This document shows, one piece after another, positions 18,086 through 27,533 of a DNA stretch of 50,670 bases. Numbering within the stretch: position 1 is the first letter of the stretch; every line of letters starts with the position of its first letter. Source of the stretch: an uncultured Bdellovibrionales bacterium (GTDB lineage: Bacteria; Bdellovibrionota_C; UBA2361; OMII01). The stretch spans positions 1-50,670 of the forward strand of contig CAZZLV010000001.1 in NCBI GenBank assembly GCA_964655155.1, in the 5' to 3' direction. The translations under genes were made by a program, and so were the position numbers. The notes below the pieces were generated by a model. It worked only from the letters and a program-made list of their open reading frames with translations. It did not search any database and had not been told where the DNA came from.

Positions 18086-19294
18086 CTATGACTTAAAGGC
18101 GTACTGATGGCAGATCATCTGTTCTATGCTGTGAAGTCGGGTTGCCCCCTCTGCTTGCTGCGCCGAATAGAGGCTTGAGACCTCGCCATACACCGCACCC
18201 TTGGCTGCCAGTAAGTTGTTCGGTGAGTCAGCAGTTACGCTTTCAATGTACCCTTGTCGCACTGATACTCGGCACAATCCATGTACTTGTCGCTGTGAGC
18301 TTGTGAGGTACGCGTAAAGGTCTTGTACGTGAGGATCGAAGATTCGCGCTTCGTGTACCGCTTTGCCAACCTCATTAGCAATAAACTGCTTGGTATGAAT
18401 CTGAGATTGAGATAGAACGAGTTTTTCAAGTGTCCGGTGCGCCTCATAGAGTATCTCTGCCGCTGGCGCCTCGTATGCCAGCCTACCTTTTTTGCCGGGG
18501 ATCGAAGTGCCAACGTGATATCTGCGACCGATACCGAACATGTTGCCAAACTTGGTCAGTGCCTTGATACACTCGACTGAGCCACTAAACTCTCCGAAAT
18601 CCGCAGAGACTTTGATCGGTTCTCCACGTTGAAATGTGATTTCTACCGTGCCGCAATCGAGCGATCGATCTCGGCGGCTGTACCAAGCATCTTCCGGGAT
18701 CAATCCGGTTGAAAGATGGGTTTCTTTGCCCCCGATTGAAACACCCCAAAGCCCTACGTTGTATGAATAGCTTGAGTTCTTCTCAGCTACTGGTATGCCG
18801 CGTTCTAGCAGGTATTTGGTTGAATACTCACGCGAGAAGCCGAATTCACGTACCGGGGCAAGAACCTGTAGCCTACCCTGGCCAAGCACATGGAGGGCGA
18901 CATCAAATCTGTACTGGTCATTGCCAGCTCCGGTAGATCCATGCAGAAAGGACTGAGCGCCCTCTGAGAGACACACTTCGAGCACTTTACGTGCTTGGAC
19001 GATGCGCTCGCTGCCCACAGATAGTGGATACCCATCGCGTGTTACGTTTCCAAAGATTAGGTACTTGATTACCGATTGATAGAAATCCTCTTGGCCATCG
19101 ATACAGAGGTGCTTGTCGGCACCGACCTCTTTGGATCTATTGGCGATCGCCTCCTTGGCCTCATTATCGAATCCGCCGGTGTTCACTGTACATGTGATCA
19201 CCGAGTCGAGTTTGTAATGCTCCCGCGAAAAGGGGACTAAAAACGATGTATCCAAACCTCCAGAGAAAGCTACGACACCTATTTTTTTCGTCAT
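18086..19294 (-). CDS. argG: Argininosuccinate synthase
   Basis: N-terminal KIGVVAFSGGLDTS ATP-binding motif, and about 400 aa in length with overall ArgG-like sequence. Confidence 0.88.
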   Translation of the reverse strand: MTKKIGVVAFSGGLDTSFLVPFSREHYKLDSVITCTVNTGGFDNEAKEAIANRSKEVGADKHLCIDGQEDFYQSVIKYLIFGNVTRDGYPLSVGSERIVQARKVLEVCLSEGAQSFLHGSTGAGNDQYRFDVALHVLGQGRLQVLAPVREFGFSREYSTKYLLERGIPVAEKNSSYSYNVGLWGVSIGGKETHLSTGLIPEDAWYSRRDRSLDCGTVEITFQRGEPIKVSADFGEFSGSVECIKALTKFGNMFGIGRRYHVGTSIPGKKGRLAYEAPAAEILYEAHRTLEKLVLSQSQIHTKQFIANEVGKAVHEARIFDPHVQDLYAYLTSSQRQVHGLCRVSVRQGYIESVTADSPNNLLAAKGAVYGEVSSLYSAQQAEGATRLHSIEQMICHQYAFKS

Positions 19295-19442
19295 AAGGAT
19301 GTCGTCATGTGAGGTAACATTTTGGCAGAAGCATGTTCACGATAAAGTGCCTACGCTGGTCTGTGAAAATCACCGGCTGGAAACATAGAAGACCAAAACA
19401 GCAAGCCACGCGCAAATGCCAGAGGCTGCCTAACAAGCGGTC

Positions 19443-19518
19443 TGGAGCTGACACCCCGACTTGAACGGGGAACCTACTGATTACAAATCAGTTGCTCTAC
19501 CAATTGAGCTATGCCAGC
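19443..19518 (-). tRNA. tRNA-Thr (anticodon TGT)
   Basis: Reverse complement reads GCTGGCATAGCTCAATTGGTAGAGCAACTGATTTGTAATCAGTAGGTTCCCCGTTCAAGTCGGGGTGTCAGCTCCA. It folds as a cloverleaf with anticodon loop TTTGTAA and an encoded CCA. Confidence 0.85.
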
Positions 19519-19667
19519 GAAGGGGTCCTTGCGAGTGCAAACCCGCTAACACCCTAAGGTTATAAAAGCTTGGTCGAAATTTCAATTACTAAGGGTGGTA
19601 AGTCCCTAGTGTATTTACTTGATCACCCTAATTGAACATAATGCCGCCCGTTGAACGTGACTGTTAC

Positions 19668-19743
<76 letters not shown>

Positions 19744-19765
19744 TTTGTTCAATACACTCTCTTTT

Positions 19766-19848
19766 GGTGAGGTGCCCGAGTGGCTAAAGGGGGCAGACTG
19801 TAAATCTGCTGGCTCCGGCCTACGGTGGTTCGAATCCACTCCTCACCA
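19766..19848 (+). tRNA. tRNA-Tyr (anticodon GTA), long variable arm, no encoded CCA
   Basis: GGTGAGGTGCCCGAGTGGCTAAAGGGGGCAGACTGTAAATCTGC...GGTTCGAATCC..CCTCACCA. The acceptor stem is GGTGAGG/CCTCACC, and the 3' end is followed by ATT. Confidence 0.85.
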
Positions 19849-19888
19849 ATTCCTTTTTACCGCTAGTGTGGTAACGTCAGCCTTTCGT

Positions 19889-19964
<76 letters not shown>

Positions 19965-20061
19965 CTTTCTTGCCCCGTCTGTTCGGACAGGCTGTCATGC
20001 AGGCTCTAATGCGCTTCGCAAGAGGTTGCAGCTGCCTGTGTGAATAGTAGTATACCGAGCA

Positions 20062-21153
20062 ATGGACTCAACATCGGAATCCACTATAATTATTGATCGC
20101 TCTGCAGAATCCCGGGCGCGCTCTCCGCTCTGGATGGTAAGCCAGGAGCCGATTCTAAACGATCTCGTTTCGTACCTTGGTGCTGTCAAACAAGCTTTGC
20201 ACTCAAATCCTGATGCGAGTTGCAATATGAAGTTCTCCCGAGCTCACCTTAGAGATTGTCGGGCTGCATTTGATCGGATGATAAGGCGCGGAGAGGAGGC
20301 TTTGCATCGACTCTCTGAGCTGTTCTGTCGGTCGTTTTTTCACGCATACCAGATGCAGAGCGTTGTGATAGGGGAGGTACCTGCTACTCGGGAGAGGTTT
20401 ACCCTAATGCAGCCGTTGTCGTTGGCTGACCTGTATTCGACGATCGATCTGGATCTAGGTAATCGTCAGTTGCGCAAGCTAAAGTATTTTGATGGGCATG
20501 GATGGGCAAGTCCTAATCTTGTAGCCAATGTCGTTGAATATCAGCCTACTGAGGTTAATCCCGCAGGTATTCACAAAATTATAAGTCGTATTAAGGCGGA
20601 AGAGGAGCTTTGGAACAAGGTAGTCGACGAGATCTTTGGGCTAGATGCGATAGTTAAACTAGATAAGGAGCTCAAGCATCTGAGTCATTACGTGAAAGAT
20701 GTTTTCGGACTAAAAATTGTTGTCGGTAGCGCACACGATGCTGATGTACTTCATAATGTGCTCAAGGCCCTTTCGTGGAGCGACAATGAGTTGGAGTCAG
20801 CGGGGATACGTCCCCGTGAGAGTGGGCGGTGTTTAGAGTTTGTTGAGACCAAGAATTACTTAACCGGCCATGATAAGGAGAGTGGTTGGGAAGCCATCAA
20901 ATCAGTAGTGATGTGGGCTGATAGGGTATTTGAGATTCAGGTGCAGCCACTCGGTAATTTTTGGCGCGAGCGTGAATTTTTGACCCGCGAGAGTCACGCT
21001 GGATTCAAGAATCGCCGCGAACAGATCAGACAGCAGATAGCTGCGCATATTCCACTCTTTAGTTTCTACCAAGATCTGCTGATCTGGCTATTCCAAAATC
21101 CCGACGGCCCAGCCCCGGCATTTCCGGGTGTTTCGGTGGCGCTGGTAGACTAG
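20062..21153 (+). CDS. Divergent RelA/SpoT-fold (RSH-like nucleotidyltransferase) domain protein; function unknown
   Basis: Residues ~175-330 carry, in RSH order, IISRIKAEEELWNKV, VKDVFGLKIVVGS, ESGWEAIKSVVMW, RVFEIQVQPLGNFW and SHAGFK. The start codon is uncertain (no clear SD at 20062 or 20134). Confidence 0.5.
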   Translation: MDSTSESTIIIDRSAESRARSPLWMVSQEPILNDLVSYLGAVKQALHSNPDASCNMKFSRAHLRDCRAAFDRMIRRGEEALHRLSELFCRSFFHAYQMQSVVIGEVPATRERFTLMQPLSLADLYSTIDLDLGNRQLRKLKYFDGHGWASPNLVANVVEYQPTEVNPAGIHKIISRIKAEEELWNKVVDEIFGLDAIVKLDKELKHLSHYVKDVFGLKIVVGSAHDADVLHNVLKALSWSDNELESAGIRPRESGRCLEFVETKNYLTGHDKESGWEAIKSVVMWADRVFEIQVQPLGNFWREREFLTRESHAGFKNRREQIRQQIAAHIPLFSFYQDLLIWLFQNPDGPAPAFPGVSVALVD

Positions 21154-21179
21154 TTGGCGATTAATCTGGCACGATTTAT

Positions 21180-21355
21180 CCTAAATTCGGCAGCTGCGGG
21201 CCTGATAATAGCACATCTGACTAAAATCACTCTGTCTTTTGCTTTTTCAGTGCTGACCCTGACGGTGCCAGGGTTCAAGCCTCCGAAAAGTTCAAAATCC
21301 TTGGTGCTTTTAGCCACCTGCACCATCTTCGTTCTCCTTAACTGCCGAATTTAGG
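21180..21355 (+). mobile_element. F1 MITE-like repeat, copy 5 (176 bp)
   Basis: CCTAAATTCGGCAGCT...AACTGCCGAATTTAGG. It starts 26 nt after the stop of the upstream gene. Flanks are TTTAT and TTGAA. Confidence 0.88.
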
Positions 21356-21453
21356 TTGAAATGGGATCTCCTGCTTTCACTTTTGCATTATTGCCGGCAA
21401 TGTTATCCTTTTGCTCGTCTTGGTTATAAGTCGATATTTAAGGATCTATTCTT

Positions 21454-22095
21454 ATGCGATATCTTGCAATTTCCTGTTTTCCGTTGCTTTTCGTTTCACT
21501 AATGTGTGCGTATGCGGATAGTTCGCTTGCTGGCACCAAGGCATCTCTAAAACGCAAGCCAGGACTCTGGGAGGTTTCAATGACAGCAGCCGGGCAATCG
21601 ATGCCGACATCGATGAAGCAGTGTGCAGACGAGGCGACCGATGCAACCATGATGCAGATGTCTGAGATCCAGGCTGATAATTGCAAGATGAACGGTTTCA
21701 CAAAGACCGGGGCTGGGTACAAATTCCGCTCAGAGTGTGAGGTGGCCGGCACCAAGGTTGTTTCAGAGGGTACGTTCTCGGGAGATTTCGATAAAGAATA
21801 CAGAGGCGAAATTCAAACTATTATGACACCACCCCTATTTGGGCGAGATAAAACGAGTACGACGATGGTTGCTAAGTGGCTTGGTGCGTGTCCTGAAGGG
21901 ATGAAAGCGGGAGATATGGAGTTAGGCGGTATGAAGCTTGATCTCGAACAGGCCAAGCAGGGTGCAAAAATGGCCGCCGACATGATCAACAGCCCGGAGA
22001 TGCAAAAAGCTATCAAGGGGGCTGTTTTGGCAGGAGAGAGTCCCGCTGCGGCGATGATTCACGGGGCACCGGCGGCTGGTGGAGGGGGGGAGTGA
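21454..22095 (+). CDS. Secreted DUF3617-like protein
   Basis: Signal peptide, KPGLWEV motif, four spaced Cys (KQCADE, DNCKMNG, SECEVAG, GACPEG) and a Gly-rich tail. Confidence 0.55.
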   Translation: MRYLAISCFPLLFVSLMCAYADSSLAGTKASLKRKPGLWEVSMTAAGQSMPTSMKQCADEATDATMMQMSEIQADNCKMNGFTKTGAGYKFRSECEVAGTKVVSEGTFSGDFDKEYRGEIQTIMTPPLFGRDKTSTTMVAKWLGACPEGMKAGDMELGGMKLDLEQAKQGAKMAADMINSPEMQKAIKGAVLAGESPAAAMIHGAPAAGGGGE

Positions 22096-22115
22096 TTAGC
22101 CGAGATACGCCTTAT

Positions 22116-22176
22116 CATGAATTCGGCAGTTGCGGGTCTGAAAAGTTCAAAATCCTCCTTAACTGCCGTTTTTAGG
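22116..22176 (+). mobile_element. F1 mini-derivative, copy 6 (61 bp)
   Basis: CATGAATTCGGCAGTTGCGGGTCTGAAAAGTTCAAAATCCTCCTTAACTGCCGTTTTTAGG. It keeps both F1 termini and the GTTCAAAATCC centre piece, with the rest of the interior deleted. Confidence 0.75.
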
Positions 22177-22282
22177 ATTATCTTATTTTGCTTAGTTAAC
22201 TCAACAAGGCCTATCAAAGTTGCTAGTAAACACCACATTCGCTATACTTGAATAGAAAATTCAAGATTGGTACATTCTAGCC

Positions 22283-23737
22283 ATGACCCAAGAAACAAAT
22301 AGCACAGAGCTGCTCGAAGACTTTACCGGTCGAGAGTACAAATACGGATTTTACACTGATATAGAGGCTGAGTCGACTCCGCCGGGTTTGAATGAGGAGA
22401 TAATTCAAACAATATCAAATAAGAAGCAAGAGCCAGCCTGGATGCTCGAATGGAGGCTGAAAGCGTATCAACGTTTTCTGAAGATGGCTGAGCCCCACTG
22501 GGCCTTTGTTGATTATCCGCCAATCGATTACCAAGAGATTATTTACTACTCAGCGCCAAAAAAGGCGCAGGGCCCGAGGAGTTTAGAGGAAGTAGACCCA
22601 GAGCTGCTTAAAACTTACGAAAAGCTCGGGATACCACTTCACGAGCAGAAGGCGCTTGCTGGTGTGGCTGTTGATGCTGTTTTTGATTCTGTATCGGTAG
22701 TGACAACATTCAAGAAACAGCTGGAAGAGGTCGGAGTAATTTTTTGCTCGATGTCCGAGGCGATTCAGCACCATCCAGAGTTGGTACAGAAGTACTTAGG
22801 CTCAGTTGTGCCATACACCGATAATTTTTTTGCGGCGCTCAATTCTGCAGTGTTTACTGACGGGTCGTTTTGCTACGTGCCGAAGGGCGTTCGCTGCCCG
22901 TTAGAGCTTTCAACGTATTTTCGCATCAATGCCGCCAAAACCGGCCAATTCGAACGTACTCTGATTATCGCCGATGAGGGTAGCTACGTAAGCTACATGG
23001 AGGGGTGTACTGCTCCGATGCGTGATGAAAACCAGTTGCACGCAGCTGTAGTAGAGCTTGTGGCTCTCGGTGATGCGCAGATTAAGTACTCAACAATTCA
23101 GAATTGGTATCCGGGTGACAAAGATGGCAAGGGGGGTATTTACAATTTTGTTACCAAGCGCGGTTTGTGCGCTGGTAACAACTCAAAGATCTCCTGGACT
23201 CAAGTGGAGACCGGTTCATCGATTACCTGGAAGTACCCGAGCTGTATCCTCAAGGGGGACAGCTCGGTAGGCGAGTTCTACTCAGTTGCCATTACAAACA
23301 ACAAACAGCAGGCCGATACTGGAACAAAGATGATCCATATCGGCAAAAACACCAAGAGCACGATCGTCTCAAAAGGTATCTCTGCCGGTCGAAGCCAGAA
23401 CGCTTATCGCGGTCTGGTAAAGATGATGAAGAGCGCCGATGGTGCGCGGAACTTCTCGCAGTGTGATTCGATGTTAATGGGAAATGAGTGTGGAGCACAT
23501 ACATTTCCATACATTGAGGTCAAAAATCCCACGGCAACAGTTGAGCATGAGGCCTCAACATCCAAGATCGGTGAAGATCAGATTTTCTACTGTAACCAGC
23601 GTGGTATTGCGACTGAGGATGCCGTGTCGATGATCGTTCATGGTTTCTGCAAAGAGGTGTTAAATGAGCTGCCGATGGAGTTTGCAGTCGAGGCGCGGAG
23701 GCTGCTTGAGATAAGCCTTGAAGGCAGTGTCGGCTAA
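22283..23737 (+). CDS. sufB: Fe-S cluster assembly scaffold SufB
   Basis: 484 aa with the typical SufB N-terminus ([12 protein letters not shown]) and conserved C-terminal half, followed by sufC and sufD. Confidence 0.92.
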   Translation: MTQETNSTELLEDFTGREYKYGFYTDIEAESTPPGLNEEIIQTISNKKQEPAWMLEWRLKAYQRFLKMAEPHWAFVDYPPIDYQEIIYYSAPKKAQGPRSLEEVDPELLKTYEKLGIPLHEQKALAGVAVDAVFDSVSVVTTFKKQLEEVGVIFCSMSEAIQHHPELVQKYLGSVVPYTDNFFAALNSAVFTDGSFCYVPKGVRCPLELSTYFRINAAKTGQFERTLIIADEGSYVSYMEGCTAPMRDENQLHAAVVELVALGDAQIKYSTIQNWYPGDKDGKGGIYNFVTKRGLCAGNNSKISWTQVETGSSITWKYPSCILKGDSSVGEFYSVAITNNKQQADTGTKMIHIGKNTKSTIVSKGISAGRSQNAYRGLVKMMKSADGARNFSQCDSMLMGNECGAHTFPYIEVKNPTATVEHEASTSKIGEDQIFYCNQRGIATEDAVSMIVHGFCKEVLNELPMEFAVEARRLLEISLEGSVG

Positions 23738-23758
23738 TTCCAGTTTCAATGGGGGGAT

Positions 23759-24524
23759 TATGAGTTTGTTGAAGATTTCAGATCTACGAGCAAGAATCGA
23801 TGGGGATGGTCGTGAGATTCTCAAGGGGATATCGCTCGAGATTAAGCCCGGTGAAGTACACGCTATTATGGGAGTGAACGGCTCCGGTAAGAGCACATTG
23901 GCCAATATTCTAGGTGGTAAAGAAGGGTACGAAGTCACCGCTGGTTCGGTAACGTTCGATGGAAAAGACCTATTAGAGATGGATCCCGAGATCCGCGCTC
24001 GCGAGGGGCTATTTCTTGGATTTCAGTACCCAGTAGAGCTGCCAGGAGTACTGACGACCTATTTTTTGAGGACAGCTTTAAATTCTGTTCGTGAACATCG
24101 TGGGCAGCCGCAGATGTCGGTTCGTGAGTTTGCCGCATTTGTGAAAGAGAAGGCGAAGCTGTTGGAGCTTAGCGACGATCTGCTTCAGCGTGCTGTAAAC
24201 GAAGGTTTCTCGGGTGGCGAGAAGAAGCGCAACGAAGTATTTCACATGGCAGTTCTTGAGCCCAAACTAGCGATACTAGATGAGACTGACTCGGGGCTGG
24301 ATATCGATGCTTTGCAGACGGTTGCCGAAGGTGTGAACCGGCTGCGATCGGCTGAGCGTGGTATGCTCGTAATTACGCACTATCAGCGCCTGCTAAATTA
24401 TATTGTTCCCGATGTTGTGCATGTGATGATCGATGGGCGCATAGTTCAGTCCGGTGGCAAGGAGCTTGCTTTAGAGCTGGAGCAGCGTGGCTACAACGAT
24501 TTTCGCCCAGCGCTAGAGGTTTAG
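23759..24524 (+). CDS. sufC: Fe-S cluster assembly ATPase SufC
   Basis: MSLLKISDL start, Walker A GVNGSGKST, signature FSGGEKKR, Walker B LAILDETDSGLD. The track ORF begins further upstream at 23718. Confidence 0.92.
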
Positions 24525-24619
24525 CCCGAATATTGCACGACAGTGCAAGATTCGGGCGAGCAAGTGCAAGGAAGCACTTGCAAATTCCGAAGCGCAGCGA
24601 GCTTCGTGAAAAATACGGG
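24525..24619 (+). mobile_element. F3 repeat, copy a (95 bp), between sufC and sufD
   Basis: CCCGAATATTGCACGACAGTGCAAGATTCGGG...CGTGAAAAATACGGG, flanked by TTAG at 24521-24524 (which includes the sufC stop) and 24620-24623. Confidence 0.8.
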
Positions 24620-24705
24620 TTAGTAAGTCTGAGAAATTGGGTAGCGCGTGCGGTGCGGCGACGCACGGAGCTCGATGCTAAGTGAGTTAGGGAATGGGGT
24701 AATCG

Positions 24706-26058
24706 ATGAGTTCTGAAGTAAGAAAGCTTTCCGAAAGCTGCCCACTGAGTAACTGGGCGAGCCTAGCTATTGAGGAGGCAGTTAAGGCACACAGTTCCCA
24801 CAAGCACTTACCTATCAAGGTGCTAGAGCGTATCTCAGAAGCGCGTTTGGCGTGGAGCAAGGTATTATTTCCGACTCCCAAGCTTGAAGCTTGGAAGTAC
24901 ACTAATCCAGACCCGATTGCCCGTGGCCCGTTTGTATGCGCTGTAACGCGCCCATCGTTGAAGTATAACGAATCTGAGGCCTCTGAGCTGCTAAGCAGAG
25001 TAGCGTTGCAGGGTTTTGAGAGAGTCAGTCGTATAGTTTTCGTTGATGGGATTTTTTCGGCGCAGCTTTCAGAGCTGATCGGTGAACCTGGAGTAGTGGT
25101 TTCGCGCCTTCTTGATGGAACCGGAGTTTTTGAAGCTTTCGGCGCTCTGGGGCAACATCGTGATGATGCTTTTTCAGCCCTAGCCACAGCGCTCCTGTCG
25201 GATTGTGTATACGTCTCAGTTAGCGCGGGGCACAACACGCAGGTGCCACTTCAAGTCGTGCACTTAACAACATCGGCTGCCGCGGATACTGTAATAACCC
25301 CGCGGATATGTGTGGAGGCGAGTGACAACTCGCGAGTGACTATCATAGAGTCGCATATCGGAGCAGCAGGCATTCGTTACCTCTCACTGCCGATGGTCGA
25401 GCTGGTAGCAGGGGTCGGGGCATTTATCGATTACTATAAGATTCAGGTTGAGTCCAAAGAAGCATTCCATGTTGCTGGGGTAACCGCAGAGCAGTCGCGC
25501 AATGCCCAGATCAGAACGCACCTATTTTCGTTCGGTGGTTCTATAGTTCGCAACAACGCTCAAGCGTTGCTGAATGGCTCTGGCTCTCAAGCGGTGCTGA
25601 ACGGGCTTTCCGTGTTAGCTGGGAATCAGCACGTTGATAATGCAACGCTGATTCATCACATAGAGCCACACGCAGAGAGTCGCGAGCACTTTAAGGGGAT
25701 TTATTGCGATTCGAGCAAGGGAGTATTCTCAGGCACTATTACTGTGGACAAGATAGCGCAGAAGACGAATGCTTTTCAGTCTAATCAGGCGCTCTTGATC
25801 TCACCTGACGCCAGTATTGAATCGCGGCCGCAGTTAAAGATCTGGGCCGATGATGTAAAGTGTACGCACGGTGCTACAGTTGGACAGCTCGATGCTAATG
25901 CGCTGTTTTATCTCCGTTCGCGAGGAGTAGGGGCGCAGGAAGCAAGAACGCTGCTAGTTCACGCCTTTGCGAGTGAGGTTCTATCTGCGGTGAATCCACG
26001 TCCAGTTAAAGAGTGTGTTGAGAAGCTTATCAGTGAGAAACTTGGGTCGAGTTCCTAA
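24706..26058 (+). CDS. sufD: Fe-S cluster assembly protein SufD
   Basis: 450 aa with a C-terminal beta-helix region similar to SufB (RPQLKIWADDVKCTHGATVGQLD) and operon context. Confidence 0.88.
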   Translation: MSSEVRKLSESCPLSNWASLAIEEAVKAHSSHKHLPIKVLERISEARLAWSKVLFPTPKLEAWKYTNPDPIARGPFVCAVTRPSLKYNESEASELLSRVALQGFERVSRIVFVDGIFSAQLSELIGEPGVVVSRLLDGTGVFEAFGALGQHRDDAFSALATALLSDCVYVSVSAGHNTQVPLQVVHLTTSAAADTVITPRICVEASDNSRVTIIESHIGAAGIRYLSLPMVELVAGVGAFIDYYKIQVESKEAFHVAGVTAEQSRNAQIRTHLFSFGGSIVRNNAQALLNGSGSQAVLNGLSVLAGNQHVDNATLIHHIEPHAESREHFKGIYCDSSKGVFSGTITVDKIAQKTNAFQSNQALLISPDASIESRPQLKIWADDVKCTHGATVGQLDANALFYLRSRGVGAQEARTLLVHAFASEVLSAVNPRPVKECVEKLISEKLGSSS

Positions 26059-26191
26059 CACGGCTGAGCGTTGCTCAAAAAGAGGGCGCCCGTGGAATGC
26101 AGCAAGCGACTGTTTTTATTGTATAAAACGTAGCTGCTGACAGTAGTTAATTTTGTCCAAGGGGAGCCTGCACGGATCTATCTCGATTGAA

Positions 26192-26367
26192 CCTAAATTC
26201 AGCAGCTGCGGGCCCGAAAACGGCGCATCTTGCTAAAATCACAGCGGCTTTTGAATTTTCGGTGATCACCCTGACGGTGCCAGGGTTCAAGCCTCCGAAA
26301 AGTTCAAAATCCTTTGTGCTTTTAGCCACCTGCACCATTTTCGTTCTCCTTAACTGCTGAATTTAGG
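26192..26367 (+). mobile_element. F1 MITE-like repeat, copy 7 (176 bp)
   Basis: CCTAAATTCAGCAGCT...AACTGCTGAATTTAGG, flanked by TTGAA on both sides (26187-26191 and 26368-26372). Confidence 0.9.
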
Positions 26368-26612
26368 TTGAAAGAGAGACAGAACTAAAGGCTACGATCT
26401 AATGCAGACGAACCCTACTGAGGGTTTGCTCTGGCAATAGTTTTCTGCTAAGGTTCCCTTCCACGGAAATTCCCCACCGATGCAAAAGGGGATAGCCGAT
26501 ATACAAGTTTCCTCTTACCGCGCCAGAACGTAAGGCCGCTTCTCCTTACGTAGGCATGTGCCACGCGGGCTTCTTTTGAGGAGGGCTTGCTGATTTCATT
26601 AGGGATGTCGTC

Positions 26613-26831
26613 ATGAGTGACAAGGTTGCGGATGCTCCGTCAGGGCTTATTTCGCGCGGCGTGGAGTACGTCTCGGCGAGCGTTGAAGAGCTCAAGAAGG
26701 TTCAGACTCCAACTCGTCAAGAAACGATGAGGCTAACGGGAGTTGTGGTGATGATTATAGTTTTCATCTCCATGTGTCTGTTTGTGATGGATCTCGTGTT
26801 CAACTGGGTGATGACAAAGATGATCGGGTAG
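26613..26831 (+). CDS. secE: Preprotein translocase subunit SecE
   Basis: 72 aa with KKVQTPTRQE followed by a single TM helix, located immediately upstream of nusG. Confidence 0.85.
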   Translation: MSDKVADAPSGLISRGVEYVSASVEELKKVQTPTRQETMRLTGVVVMIIVFISMCLFVMDLVFNWVMTKMIG

Positions 26832-26898
26832 GTTATTCCAGTCGCGATAGCGAGTGGCTCGGATAGAGAGTGTCGGAATAGACTTTAGAAGAAAGATT

Positions 26899-27453
26899 AT
26901 GGAAGCAACGGGCACAACAGAGCAGAAGATGAACTGGTACGTGGTTCAAGCGTATGCCGGATTTGAAGGTAAGGCCAAACAGGCACTCGAGGAGCGTATC
27001 CGCCTCAATAAGATGACCCATCTTTTTGGTGAGGTTCACGTCCCACAAGAGACGGTTGTTGAGCTTGTCAAGGGGCAGAAGAAGACCTCGACGCGCAAGT
27101 TTTTCCCCGGATACATCCTTGTTCAGATGGTGATGAATGAGGAGAGTTGGCATTTAGTCAAGGAGACACCTAAAATCAACGGTTTTGTTGGAGATGCAAC
27201 TAATCCGCAGCCGATGAGTGAGGACGAGGTAAAACGGGTATTTAGTCAGGTTGAAGAGGGCGCAGCCTCGCCACGCGCTAAGATGAACTTTGAGCAGGGT
27301 GATGCAGTTAAGGTGATTGATGGCCCGTTTGCCGAATTCAATGGAACGATTGAAGAGGTGCGACCAGAGCGTGGAAAGGTCAAGGTGCTGATCAGCATAT
27401 TTGGACGAGCAACCCCAGTGGAGCTCGATTTCATGCAGGTTGAGAAGAGCTAA
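26899..27453 (+). CDS. nusG: Transcription termination/antitermination factor NusG
   Basis: MEATGTTEQKMNWYVVQAYAGFEGKA (NGN domain) and KOW motif FEQGDAVKVIDGPFAEFNGTIEEV. The track ORF starts at GTG 26854. Confidence 0.9.
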   Translation: MEATGTTEQKMNWYVVQAYAGFEGKAKQALEERIRLNKMTHLFGEVHVPQETVVELVKGQKKTSTRKFFPGYILVQMVMNEESWHLVKETPKINGFVGDATNPQPMSEDEVKRVFSQVEEGAASPRAKMNFEQGDAVKVIDGPFAEFNGTIEEVRPERGKVKVLISIFGRATPVELDFMQVEKS

Positions 27454-27533
27454 CGGAATAATTAGAGGCACTGAGGCTGACAAGGCTCAGGAGCCAGGCT
27501 TAGGCGATTTTTGAGTAGTAAGAGGTGTTGAAG

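Noticed and set aside
19297-19309. 13-nt identity GGATGTCGTCATG upstream of argG and at the secE start (26603-26615)
   Set aside because: A single 13-mer match is expected by chance several times in 50 kb on both strands, and no flanking similarity exists.
19362-19374. TGTGAAAATCACC upstream of argG, considered as an ARG box or CRP-like operator
   Set aside because: The half-site spacing (3 nt) fits neither the ARG box nor the CRP consensus, and it occurs only once.
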